From the IMG/VR virus record IMGVR_UViG_3300034112_000721, positions 48,532-112,531 of that record: DNA of 64,000 nucleotides. The stretch is one strand, 5' to 3'. Below the pieces are notes generated by a model that was not told the DNA's origin, made no database searches, and saw only the letters and a program-made list of their open reading frames with translations. Origin of the DNA: a virus. Positions 20,671 through 30,809 of this stretch are shown here, one piece after another. Both the position numbers and the translations under genes were made by a program. The first letter of the stretch is position 1; each line of letters starts with the position of its first letter.

Positions 20671-20870
20671 TACTTCTTGGTTTTATAACCACCACCTTTA
20701 GACTTATATTCTTTAGCTAAAAGTTGTGCTTTTCTTGCAGACCATTCTCCAGGATCTCCACCCTTAGAACCAGCTTTAATTCTTTCAAACAAAGACTTAC
20801 GCATACCAGGCTTAGTGTAAACACCAGCCTGGTTAACGCGACTTTTAGTAGTAGATTTCTTTAGTGGCAT
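20670..20870 (-). CDS. Small basic protein resembling the N-terminal half of DUF5872
   Basis: YTKP..R...AGSKGG.PGEWSARKAQLLA..YK..GGGY. Confidence 0.7.
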   Translation of the reverse strand: MPLKKSTTKSRVNQAGVYTKPGMRKSLFERIKAGSKGGDPGEWSARKAQLLAKEYKSKGGGYKTKK

Positions 20871-21244
20871 TATTTCATTTTTTTAGCACCACCTTTTTTC
20901 ATCATAGAAGCACCATACATAGCTTTAGGAACTGCAGTTTTAGGAGCTTTAGAAGTTCCACCTGAACGTCCTTTAGCTATTTTAGATGCAGAAACTTTAG
21001 CATTCTCTCCAGAGATTACACCTTTAGAGCCAGCTACTTTAGAAGCAGTTACACTTTTATTAGCATTAGTCATTCCACCAGTTTTCATTTTTTTACCAGC
21101 TGTAGCACCTACCGGACTTTTTGCAGCTTTGCCAGCCATAGCACCAAATGTAGCACCTGCTGCACCTCCAGCAAGTTTACCAGCTTCATAACCATAATTC
21201 ATGGCTGAAGTTCCTTTTTTAGATTTTTTCTTTGGAGTTAACAT
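20870..21244 (-). CDS. Lys/Ala/Gly-rich histone-like protein
   Basis: Low-complexity basic sequence; contains MKTGG and MKKGG. Confidence 0.7.
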   Translation of the reverse strand: MLTPKKKSKKGTSAMNYGYEAGKLAGGAAGATFGAMAGKAAKSPVGATAGKKMKTGGMTNANKSVTASKVAGSKGVISGENAKVSASKIAKGRSGGTSKAPKTAVPKAMYGASMMKKGGAKKMK

Positions 21245-21256
21245 TTTATATAATTT

Positions 21257-22282
21257 TTAAGAGTTCCATAATTTTTCAACAGAAGCTGTAACATCTTTAA
21301 GAATATCTTCATTTAAAGGATTCTTAAAGTATTCTACAACATCTGATACATTTCTACCAAGTAAGCTGTTAGACTTAGCATGATAAATATGACCATCTGC
21401 CTTACTTATAATATACTTAAAAAATACGGAATCTCTAACAATTGATTTAATTTTTAGTGTTTCCATATCCATATTTACTGCATCAATGAAAGATTTAGCT
21501 GCTCTTTCTTTATTAGTCTCACCACCCTCTCCATTAATGTACATATCCATATTCTCATAGATAATGTCATTTGGTGTTGATTTTCTGTACTGTGTACTAT
21601 TAAGATCAACAACTTTTGCAATGTAGAATAGTTTAGTACTATTCTTATCAAATAATTTCTGAAGTTCAGAAAGTGCTTTGTTACGCATTTTCTTGTACTC
21701 AGTTCTAACCATCACAGTTTCTTCTTCTTTATCTAGATAAAACTTAGGTGGTTTTGCTTTTGATCTTGCATCTTCATAACTCTTTGCTATAATTGAAAAT
21801 GCCCCAGCTTCAATAGCATAAATCTTAATTCTATCAAAAGGATCTTTTGGATCTAAAAATACTGGCTCATTACCACATTTAATATCAATCTTATTCCAGA
21901 AATCTTTATTGTCTGGTTTAAGTAATTTAACTTTGTTCCAAAAATCCTTATCCTCAATATCTAAAACATTAGCTGCAAGTTCTCTTTCAAGTTCTGCAAC
22001 TGCTGTTCTTATTTCTCTAATTTTTGCTTCTCTTTGATCTGATGGTAATGTTTTAATTTCTGGAGCAAATTCATTAAGCCCAGTAATATATCTTGTTACA
22101 CCATTTACTTCAAGACAAGCTAATTGTTCTTGGTGCTTTACACCATCAAACAAAACTTGTTGGTAATTTTCTAATCCCATGTTTGACATTCTGCTGTCAA
22201 AGTATGGTCTAATAGCAATAGCTGTTTTTCTTGCGGTGGCAGCTTTGTTAATTTCCACCATTGTAAATTCTGCGTTTTCCAT
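21257..22282 (-). CDS. Conserved crAss-like protein downstream of the major capsid protein
   Basis: Gene order; C-terminal LG.N....VEY.KNP.N pattern. Confidence 0.6.
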   Translation of the reverse strand: MENAEFTMVEINKAATARKTAIAIRPYFDSRMSNMGLENYQQVLFDGVKHQEQLACLEVNGVTRYITGLNEFAPEIKTLPSDQREAKIREIRTAVAELERELAANVLDIEDKDFWNKVKLLKPDNKDFWNKIDIKCGNEPVFLDPKDPFDRIKIYAIEAGAFSIIAKSYEDARSKAKPPKFYLDKEEETVMVRTEYKKMRNKALSELQKLFDKNSTKLFYIAKVVDLNSTQYRKSTPNDIIYENMDMYINGEGGETNKERAAKSFIDAVNMDMETLKIKSIVRDSVFFKYIISKADGHIYHAKSNSLLGRNVSDVVEYFKNPLNEDILKDVTASVEKLWNS

Positions 22283-22318
22283 TTTTGTTGGTTTTAAATG
22301 TTAATTAAAAATAAGTAA

Positions 22319-22344
22319 AAAGAGGGAGATTTTACTCTCCCTCT
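22319..22344 (-). terminator. Hairpin/terminator after the MCP gene
   Basis: GAGGGAGA...TCTCCCTC inverted repeat followed by TTTT on the minus strand. Confidence 0.7.
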
Positions 22345-22358
22345 CATACTCTGATCTA

Positions 22359-23978
22359 TTATAGAGAGCCACCAGTGATTGGGTTTCTCATAACAATTTT
22401 CAAGACTTTTGTAGGGTCTTTTACCCAGATAGCTGGCATTGTTTGAGACATCATCACACGGTACCCGTTGAATTGTCCAGAAGACTGGAATCCTTGAGTT
22501 CTTCCCATGTAGTCCATAGTACCATTTTGGTACCACCACTTCAATTGGTTATCCCAAGAAAGTTTCAACATAAAGATGTTATCATTAGTGTTATCAGTGA
22601 TATCAAAGATGATAAAGCTGTAAGAAGATAATGGGAAACCATCAATGATTGGGTTCTCAATATCATTTGTATGAACATTGTCAAATGCTGGGTTAAGAAC
22701 AAACTTAACATTTGCCAAGAATGGAATTACATATGAAGTATAAGCAAATCCAAAGTTCAAGTCCATACCTTTACCAGTGATAGCACCAATATCAGCAGCC
22801 TGAATTAACAAACCTGAAGAGATAGCTTCTTGCTTGATGGCCTCATTAACCATACGCATACCACCCATACCAGTTTGTACAATAAGAGATCTTTTTGGAT
22901 CTGGTCCTTGGAACTCAACCTTACCATTGAAGAAGTTATAGATTTCTCCACGGAATAAGTCAAGAGTAAAGTTATTTTTGTTGTATACTCTTTTGAACGC
23001 ATTGTTCAATTGTTGCCAAAGTCCAACAGATAATCTGATATCATCTGGACCATCTTGCTTAACTTTACCTCCTTGTCCCCACATTAAGTAAGTCTCAATG
23101 TCAGTTGCAATTTTAGAAAGGTGAGCTGCTTCCATGTTTGTCAAGAAAGTTCTAGACAAATCTCCGTTATCAAATGCTTTTTTAACAGCATCTTTACCCA
23201 TAACTTTTACCATATCCTCTAAAGATGTGATAGATGGATCAGTAACATTTTTGTCAAATGTTCTCCAGATCTCTGTTACAGGAATAGTACCATCTGCATT
23301 CATACCACCTTTGATCATTAAGTCTGCTCTAGAAGAGATAGAATAATGTACGTGAGCTTCAGCACCACCAACAAAGTTGTAGTATTCACGGAAACCAGCT
23401 TGTGTAATGATGTCAGAAAATCTTTCACCATACTCACCTCTTGCAGAACCTTTTCTGAAGAATCTAGTTCCATTAGCTAAATATGCATTGTCTAAGAATC
23501 TAGTGTTGTCATTATTTACAAGTTGAACAGTGTAAATAAATCCATCACCAATTGGAAGAATGTCTTCATCTGTGATGTACAATTCCACACCATTATACTT
23601 GTCATAAGTAATAATGTCACCGTGACCAAATTCTCTACGGCTTAATTTAATTCTGAAGGTTGTTCCATCAATACCTTTGAAAGTATTTGTTGGTTCAATA
23701 TCTTCAATTACATATGGAAGATCTGTAGAGACAGGAGTCTGCCACTTATACTCTCCACGAGCATTATCAACCATAATTACATTTTTGCCACCAAAGCTAG
23801 AAAGCTGATAAAGGGGCATTTCTACTTTTTGAGCCATAGCCCAAAGGTCTACTGGACCTAAATCCATAGGTTCAGCATCTTTTAACATATTCACTAAGTG
23901 ATAAGAGTCTACATGCGATGAAGCTTGGTAGGCTGTATCTCTCAGGAATATCCCATTGTTTAAAATTGGAGTTGCCAT
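22359..23978 (-). CDS. Major capsid protein (crAss-like, HK97 fold)
   Basis: 539 aa in TerL-portal-scaffold-MCP order; E..LMWG...GLWQQ and TG.GG motifs. Confidence 0.85.
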   Translation of the reverse strand: MATPILNNGIFLRDTAYQASSHVDSYHLVNMLKDAEPMDLGPVDLWAMAQKVEMPLYQLSSFGGKNVIMVDNARGEYKWQTPVSTDLPYVIEDIEPTNTFKGIDGTTFRIKLSRREFGHGDIITYDKYNGVELYITDEDILPIGDGFIYTVQLVNNDNTRFLDNAYLANGTRFFRKGSARGEYGERFSDIITQAGFREYYNFVGGAEAHVHYSISSRADLMIKGGMNADGTIPVTEIWRTFDKNVTDPSITSLEDMVKVMGKDAVKKAFDNGDLSRTFLTNMEAAHLSKIATDIETYLMWGQGGKVKQDGPDDIRLSVGLWQQLNNAFKRVYNKNNFTLDLFRGEIYNFFNGKVEFQGPDPKRSLIVQTGMGGMRMVNEAIKQEAISSGLLIQAADIGAITGKGMDLNFGFAYTSYVIPFLANVKFVLNPAFDNVHTNDIENPIIDGFPLSSYSFIIFDITDNTNDNIFMLKLSWDNQLKWWYQNGTMDYMGRTQGFQSSGQFNGYRVMMSQTMPAIWVKDPTKVLKIVMRNPITGGSL

Positions 23979-24006
23979 TTTTATATTTGTTTTATTTGTT
24001 ACTTAA

Positions 24007-25248
24007 TTAAAATCTCTTGAAGAATCCACCTCTTGAGATAGTTTTTTGCGGTTTGCTAGTTCTTGTTTTTGAATCATATTCTCTATCATCATTTACAGAA
24101 GAAGTAATTTTTCTAGCTTGTTCTGTCTTTAATTGTCTTACAACTTTTTCTGTAGCTTGCTTACCACCTTGCTCTTTTATCTTTGACTTATATCCATTTG
24201 GATCTGCAAGTAACCAAAGTGCCTCAGCAATTAAATCATGTCTTGGTTCTACAAACTGATATTTCTCTAATAAGTGGCCTAGTAAGTTTGTAGGTTTACC
24301 AGATATAGATGGATAATTAGGTTGTACTAATCCGGAGTATAACATACTTTGTACTTTCTTATCTAATCTTATTCCACCTATCTCACCATTAACAAGAGTA
24401 CTATATACATTATCTGTATAAGCTCTAGCTGCTTCTTCTTGCTGTTGCCTTTTTAATTCTTGTTCAGCAAGTTGTCTAGCAACTATTTCTTCTTGCATTC
24501 TATCTAACTTTGGTTTAAACTGATTAGCCTTTTGTTCAAGTCTATTCATATCTTTCCAGTCATTGATTTCTTCTTCAATTTCTTCTGGAGTACCAAAGCT
24601 TGTAGCATATAAATACTGACGTGCAATTTCTGCTTGATCATATTCATCAGATGGATCTAGTTGTCTCATCTCTTCTACTTGAGCAAGAGTTCTAAAGAGA
24701 CCTTTAAGATCTGTACCACCATCTGCTACATACTTAGCTGCATACTGAAGTTCTTCTGGAAGTGCATTAAAAAACTCTTTTGGAGTATTTTCTCTTACTG
24801 CATTTTCTCTTTCCTGGAAGTTTGCTTCAAATAGTTCACGGAAATCTTTTGTAGTATATTCTTCTAATGGTTTGTCATCATCAAAAGGTACTAAAGATCC
24901 TTCCTCAATCATTTTTTGTGCTAATTCAGCAAGACCAGATTTATCAATTTTTGGTCTACCTTTATTACCAGCATCTTCTTCTTGAGTAATTAAACTATCT
25001 AGCTCAGCTATAGTTTCTTCTACTTCTTCTTTCTTTGCTACTTCTTCTTTAGAAGCAGGCTTGTCAAGGAACGAGGTATCTGTAGTTTCCTTTGAAAATA
25101 CAGATTTTGGTTTTTCTTCTTCTACTGGTAGCATTACATTTTCTGCTCCCGGCATTCCAAACATCTCATCAATATTTACATCTACATTCCCTACCAGTGT
25201 AGAGTCCTGTACCTGACCTTTGTCAGATTTGTTTTCTAATTCTTCCAT
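24007..25248 (-). CDS. Putative scaffolding protein
   Basis: Acidic, helical/coiled-coil protein between portal and MCP. Confidence 0.65.
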   Translation of the reverse strand: MEELENKSDKGQVQDSTLVGNVDVNIDEMFGMPGAENVMLPVEEEKPKSVFSKETTDTSFLDKPASKEEVAKKEEVEETIAELDSLITQEEDAGNKGRPKIDKSGLAELAQKMIEEGSLVPFDDDKPLEEYTTKDFRELFEANFQERENAVRENTPKEFFNALPEELQYAAKYVADGGTDLKGLFRTLAQVEEMRQLDPSDEYDQAEIARQYLYATSFGTPEEIEEEINDWKDMNRLEQKANQFKPKLDRMQEEIVARQLAEQELKRQQQEEAARAYTDNVYSTLVNGEIGGIRLDKKVQSMLYSGLVQPNYPSISGKPTNLLGHLLEKYQFVEPRHDLIAEALWLLADPNGYKSKIKEQGGKQATEKVVRQLKTEQARKITSSVNDDREYDSKTRTSKPQKTISRGGFFKRF

Positions 25249-25339
25249 ATGTGTTGGTTTTGTTTATAATTTAATATAAGAAATAAACTTCAAAAATTTA
25301 TGATAATAAAATTTATTTTTCGCACTATATAGCTAAGTA

Positions 25340-28090
25340 CTATTCTTTTTCTTTATTTTTATTTTTATTATCGTATTTATTTTTGTTTTCTCTGGCTATT
25401 TGTAGCTGTTTATCTGCTATTTCTTTCTGTGCCATGATCTTTTCTCTCTCTATATCCATCTTCTGAGACTGTCTTAAGTTTTCATTAGATTGCTTTTCAA
25501 TCTGTAAACTTGTTTGTTGCTCATAAGCTTCTGACTGTCTTATCTCTTTCATAGCATCTGCATAATCAGATATTTGATTTTTATTTACATCTGCCATAGA
25601 GCCATAACCTGCTGCTTTAATTTCAGCAACCAAGATATCTCTTTGTCTATCTTTTTCTTTTTCAGCAGCTTGTGCATCAAGTTTCATCTTCTCAGTTTGC
25701 TGCATTGACTGTAATTGCTGTTGTTGCATTTGCTGTTGTTGCTGTAGTTCTTGTTGTTTTTGTGATGATATTTTTTCTTCAGAAGCTTTAAGAACATTAT
25801 TAAGCTCTGCAATTGAATCAGATTGTACTATTCTTCCAAGATCATAAATACTTGCTCCAGTAGTATTATTTTGAATAGCCATTTGTTTTAACTGTTCTAA
25901 TACAGATCTATGATTAGCAGTTGTAGAACAATAAATATTTAAATCTCTCATTAAGAGATCTGTACCATTTACTTCAAAGTTTACTTTCTCATCTGCAGAA
26001 GTTGTATATGTAAGTCTTGCAGATGGTTTTGTAGAGTTATAGTATTGTGCCAAGTCAGTTCTCATTTGATGAACTCTTGGCATTAGATAATCACAGTGCT
26101 GAATAAAGAATACTTCTGTCTGTGCATATGACGCTTGTAAAGCTTGTTCTACTCCGGTAGCTGTAGTTTGAGATAACTGTTGACCCATTCTTTGTGGGTT
26201 AACACCTATTACTTCATATGCTTGTTGCTTAAAGTGATTAGCTAAACTAATTCTTGACATTAATCTTTCTGTCTGAGAAAGATCTAGTTTTTGAAAATGC
26301 TGGAAGTTTAATGCATTCTCTGTATTTGTAATAGATGTATCCAAAGGTAACATCTGGAAGTTCTTCATTGCAACATATGCTTTAGCATAGTTTCCTTTAC
26401 CCCAGTCTTCTCCAAGAGAATGTTTAGGTAGAGTATTCTGATCAAGCATGATAATAGTACCTAGTTCATCTACTAAGATATCTGCAATCTGATTGTTTAC
26501 AATGTTATATCCAATCTGATATGGCTTCATTAGATCTATAAGTGCAGTAGACTTAGTATTTCTATCTGAGAACACAGAACCTTCTACTGGTAACTTACAA
26601 CCATATAAACTTTGATCTCCTTTAAATTGGAACTTTAATGCTCCAATTTTATTTTTTTGTACACCAATATATATTGGAGAGAATCCTCCTGGATTATTCA
26701 TACCCCAGAAAGAAGGAATGTTTGGACCAATTTTAATACCACCCCAAACTTCATTAATCCAAATCCAATCTATATGCTCACCTTGTACAAGAGTATCTTT
26801 AGTTTTGTTTTTGAATAATCTATTATCATATATTGGTTTGTCTGTTACTTCATAATCTTCTGTAACAATTTCATTTGCAACTTCTCCAGTTTCTGAAATC
26901 TTTGTAAGGTGACCAACTTTTCTTTGTGACTTCCAATATGCTGTAGTTACTCTTAATAGATATGCAGTACCTTGATCAAAGTAATCTTCACCTTGTGAAA
27001 GTATTTGATTTATAATATCGCCACCATCTGTAATTGAGTTTGCAACTGCAGTTGTATACTGTCTATATGCAAGAGAAGGCATATTAACATTCCATTCATG
27101 AGATTTTGTGCCGTCATAATATGTACCATCATTTTGATATCCACCAACTATATAACCACCAGATCTAATAGGATAGATTGCTTCTAATGCCTTTAATTGT
27201 TCTTCAGACATAATATATCCAAACTTGTCTATTACATCTGATACAGTAAACATATCTATCTTACCTACCCAGTTACCTTGTGATATATATCTTGCATCTG
27301 GAGATTTGTGATAGAATGTAACTACTGGATTCCAGAGTTCTACCTCATAGTCATCTTCCATCATGTGGAAGTGCCAGAACTCTCTATCTGTAATAAGCAT
27401 GTCTCTAAAGGCTCTTTCCTCTAGCTCATCCATTCTAAATCTTTCAACATCTACTTTATGCTGATGATATGCCCACTGCTCTATCATAGATCTATAATCT
27501 TTCTTAAAGAAAGATTCTATCTCTGGTAATGTTTTAAGATTTTCTGGTGATACTTGCTCTTGTACTTCAGGTGCTTGAGGATCTATTCCCTGCTCTATTA
27601 ATGCAGTAACAATTTTTAACTGTGCATCTGCTAAAAGAGTTTCTTCTACCATCTGTCTTTTTTCTTCTAGCATCTCATTATATGAGAACTCATCTACCGC
27701 TCTATATGTCAGTTTAGTTGATCTTTTAGCAAACTCTGCTACTAACACATTAATTACGTTTGGAATAATTGGATAGAACTTTAACTCAAGAGCTGTTGCT
27801 TCTTCTCTGGTTAATATTTCTACTATATCTCTATATTCATTATTCTCCTCAATTATATAATCTGTTCTATCTATAATTCCCTTTGCAAGTTTATAGTTCT
27901 TCATTAGTCTTCTTGCATTTCTTCTGATTTGCTTAAGACCATTCCATTCTAACCAGTCTAAGTTCCAAGCTGCCCATTCTTCATCTTTATCTTTCTTAGA
28001 TAAAAACTGTAGAGGCTGGGTAATACTACCCATCCTATTTTGTTCTGTTTTAGCTCCTTTTTTTAACTGTAATGCGTTATATACCTGCAT
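25340..28090 (-). CDS. Portal protein
   Basis: 916 aa after TerL; YPIIPNVINVL..E, KPYQI.YN and G...QRMGQ motifs; Gln-rich C-terminal coil. Confidence 0.9.
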   Translation of the reverse strand: MQVYNALQLKKGAKTEQNRMGSITQPLQFLSKKDKDEEWAAWNLDWLEWNGLKQIRRNARRLMKNYKLAKGIIDRTDYIIEENNEYRDIVEILTREEATALELKFYPIIPNVINVLVAEFAKRSTKLTYRAVDEFSYNEMLEEKRQMVEETLLADAQLKIVTALIEQGIDPQAPEVQEQVSPENLKTLPEIESFFKKDYRSMIEQWAYHQHKVDVERFRMDELEERAFRDMLITDREFWHFHMMEDDYEVELWNPVVTFYHKSPDARYISQGNWVGKIDMFTVSDVIDKFGYIMSEEQLKALEAIYPIRSGGYIVGGYQNDGTYYDGTKSHEWNVNMPSLAYRQYTTAVANSITDGGDIINQILSQGEDYFDQGTAYLLRVTTAYWKSQRKVGHLTKISETGEVANEIVTEDYEVTDKPIYDNRLFKNKTKDTLVQGEHIDWIWINEVWGGIKIGPNIPSFWGMNNPGGFSPIYIGVQKNKIGALKFQFKGDQSLYGCKLPVEGSVFSDRNTKSTALIDLMKPYQIGYNIVNNQIADILVDELGTIIMLDQNTLPKHSLGEDWGKGNYAKAYVAMKNFQMLPLDTSITNTENALNFQHFQKLDLSQTERLMSRISLANHFKQQAYEVIGVNPQRMGQQLSQTTATGVEQALQASYAQTEVFFIQHCDYLMPRVHQMRTDLAQYYNSTKPSARLTYTTSADEKVNFEVNGTDLLMRDLNIYCSTTANHRSVLEQLKQMAIQNNTTGASIYDLGRIVQSDSIAELNNVLKASEEKISSQKQQELQQQQQMQQQQLQSMQQTEKMKLDAQAAEKEKDRQRDILVAEIKAAGYGSMADVNKNQISDYADAMKEIRQSEAYEQQTSLQIEKQSNENLRQSQKMDIEREKIMAQKEIADKQLQIARENKNKYDNKNKNKEKE

Positions 28091-28092
28091 AG

Positions 28093-30294
28093 TTATTTTA
28101 TATTTTTAAATGGTGATTTTTTAAATACCGAACCATTTGTTAATCTACCGTTATTACCCATGTGCCTAAATGGACTACTATTTAATTTAAACAAATTTTC
28201 TGACTTTTGCAAGTTTTTAGCGGCATCATCCATTATAGTTCTTCTTGCATATCCCCTATTAGATTGTTGCACTCTCATAAATGCAACTAATGCTGTAAAT
28301 GCTACAAGTCTATCCACGTTCAGACCATCTGTATATTCTTGCATCTCTTTGAGTAACATTGGATCTGGAATTCTTTCTATACCATATTTAGTCTTAACAA
28401 TTGTACCATCCGGTTTTGTAACTGTATCTAACTCCTCCTTACAATATTCAATAGCATAACTTAATAAGTGACCTTTAAATAAATTACCAGTATTTCTCCA
28501 ACCATACTCTTGGTATACGTTAGTATTAGCACCTAGATCCTTTAAAAACATGATCTGACTCTTTGGTACAAGATACCTTTGTTTTTTCTTAGATATCATG
28601 TATTGTATAAATAAAGAGATGTTACTTTCTATTAGTGCCCAGGCATTATACCATTCTATTATTAGCTCTAACTTCTGATGTGTTTTATTTATATCATCAT
28701 ATCTACCACACCATGATGCAACAATTTTATCTTGTTCTATATATGTTTCTGTTTCTACACCCGTATGTCTAGTTACTTGTATAGGGGCTTTCATTACAAA
28801 TATAGAACACAATGAATCTGATGTAGTTGTCTTACCTTCTGATACAGGGTCAATAGAAGCATAATACTGTCCGAACTCTGGATCCTTAACCGGTCTTTCC
28901 CATACAACAAGAGTACCTGTTTTATCTTCTAATTTTTTAGATACGGGAAACTGCATGATGGGCAGCTTATTAGTTTCCTTAACTTTTGGCTTTCCATTCT
29001 CATCATAGAATATATCTAAGAATTCATATGCATATTCTTTCTCATCTATTCTTCTCTGCTGTGCTGCTACCAGATGTGTTGGGAATACAGAGACTGATCT
29101 ATGTGCAAATGCTTCTTCAATATTTCTAGGGTGCTGAGATATTCTTAACTGGTAGTCTTCTGGAGATAAATCTTTCTTCCACTGTTCAAATTGATTCTCA
29201 AGTGCAACTAATGCTTCTTCTACAAGTGAATTACCATATTGATCTATATGTGGTGGCATAGACCATTGCTCAGGAATAAACAATCCTGAGAGACCTTCTG
29301 TTCCTTTGCTATCTATCAAGTTTGTTTCTACCGCATAGATATCTTTAGATGTAGGGTTTAGAATCATATCCTTAAGGGGATTACACTGAGATAAATCTCC
29401 TACTGATCCTGCAGCTATAAACATACCAGTAGTAATTAAACCAGATCTCATTGCTGGCCTCATATACTCATATGTTTGATCCATCTTTGGTGCAATACCA
29501 GCCTCCTCATGGAAGAAGAATTTTACTGGACCCCCTACACCATTTGTAGGATCTTTCTCAAATGACATGCCCTGCATTGTACCTTTGAGACCTACTTCAT
29601 TTTTTCTATCTCCCTTTCTTACTTCAATCTTTTGCTGCCACATCATTACCTTATGTGGTGTCATTGGTCTATACCATGCGGTATGCTCATTTAAGAAAGC
29701 AGCATATTCATCTAAGAACTTCCATGAACCTTTCTCATTTATATAGTCTTTAAGACTTGCTCCTATCTTTAAAGTAACCCCAGATTCAAACCAAATCTGA
29801 TTTAATAGTTTGGCCATGTGAAAATAAGAAGATGCTATCTGTCTTTTTTTTAGAATAGCTACATGCTTATAGTTGAGCTCTGCCAATAGTTCATAGAGGG
29901 CCATGTGATACTGGGCGTCACGTATTTTAGCAAAGTCAAAAATTTGTTGTTCTTTATCAAATATTGGTAAGAAGTTAAGCCACATGTAGTAATCTCTTGT
30001 AAGGTACCAGGTGTTTTCTCCTGACTTATAGATAACTCCTCTTCTACATCTAAGTTTTTGATCATCCCAGTAATTGATAAAATCTTTGGATTTAAAGGGT
30101 GCGTCACAATAGTATCCATTGTCTCTAAACTTTCTTGATTCTGTATTAAATAGTAAGCTAGTTTCATCAAATTTATATTTACCGGGTTCATCAAAAATAT
30201 CTCTTACAAACTTAGAAAATTCCTCTCTTGAGGAAAAGTCTGTAATAGTCCAATTTCCATTATCATAGGTTGGTATATTTTCAAATATTTCCAT
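28093..30294 (-). CDS. terL: Terminase large subunit
   Basis: LKKRQIASS (Walker A region), FFHEEAG (Walker B), YYASIDP and ALIESN nuclease motifs, C-terminal DRL. Confidence 0.92.
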   Translation of the reverse strand: MEIFENIPTYDNGNWTITDFSSREEFSKFVRDIFDEPGKYKFDETSLLFNTESRKFRDNGYYCDAPFKSKDFINYWDDQKLRCRRGVIYKSGENTWYLTRDYYMWLNFLPIFDKEQQIFDFAKIRDAQYHMALYELLAELNYKHVAILKKRQIASSYFHMAKLLNQIWFESGVTLKIGASLKDYINEKGSWKFLDEYAAFLNEHTAWYRPMTPHKVMMWQQKIEVRKGDRKNEVGLKGTMQGMSFEKDPTNGVGGPVKFFFHEEAGIAPKMDQTYEYMRPAMRSGLITTGMFIAAGSVGDLSQCNPLKDMILNPTSKDIYAVETNLIDSKGTEGLSGLFIPEQWSMPPHIDQYGNSLVEEALVALENQFEQWKKDLSPEDYQLRISQHPRNIEEAFAHRSVSVFPTHLVAAQQRRIDEKEYAYEFLDIFYDENGKPKVKETNKLPIMQFPVSKKLEDKTGTLVVWERPVKDPEFGQYYASIDPVSEGKTTTSDSLCSIFVMKAPIQVTRHTGVETETYIEQDKIVASWCGRYDDINKTHQKLELIIEWYNAWALIESNISLFIQYMISKKKQRYLVPKSQIMFLKDLGANTNVYQEYGWRNTGNLFKGHLLSYAIEYCKEELDTVTKPDGTIVKTKYGIERIPDPMLLKEMQEYTDGLNVDRLVAFTALVAFMRVQQSNRGYARRTIMDDAAKNLQKSENLFKLNSSPFRHMGNNGRLTNGSVFKKSPFKNIK

Positions 30295-30809
30295 TACTGA
30301 TCATATGCCATTCCAATACCACCTCTTACTCTACTAGATTGTTCTTCCTGTAGATCTTTATATGCACCTTTAAATGATGCTCTAATCTGTTCAAAGTTTT
30401 TAGCTGCAGCTACCAGAGAGTTAATATTACCATCTCTACCATGTGAGATAGGTGTAGTCTCCATATACTTAGCTAATCTGTCTAACATGGATGCAATACC
30501 TTTATATGCTCTAGATGTAGGTGTTTCATACATTCTTTGGCAAAACTGTAAGGCTATAAATATATCCTGATCTTCTGTAGAGAACTCAGCATCTATCTGT
30601 TCAAGTATAAGTGACTCTTTATCTACTTCTGGTGTATAAAAGAATGGGTTCAAGTCTGGGTTAGGGCAAGTCATATAAAACAAGTATTGATATATCTTGA
30701 TATAATTATCAGGATAATTATCCATAACATCTTTTAATGCCTTTAATGTATAGCAATGTTCTGTTGGAATTACTTTACCATTCTGTATGTCAAATAGTTT
30801 TACAATCAT
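30294..30809 (-). CDS. Conserved protein upstream of TerL (possible small terminase)
   Basis: TAATG-coupled to terL; helical C-terminus. Confidence 0.45.
   Translation of the reverse strand: MIVKLFDIQNGKVIPTEHCYTLKALKDVMDNYPDNYIKIYQYLFYMTCPNPDLNPFFYTPEVDKESLILEQIDAEFSTEDQDIFIALQFCQRMYETPTSRAYKGIASMLDRLAKYMETTPISHGRDGNINSLVAAAKNFEQIRASFKGAYKDLQEEQSSRVRGGIGMAYDQ

Noticed and set aside
22359-30294. Introns or inteins in terL, portal or MCP
   Set aside because: The ORFs are continuous, of expected size, and show no intein splice motifs or homing-endonuclease inserts.
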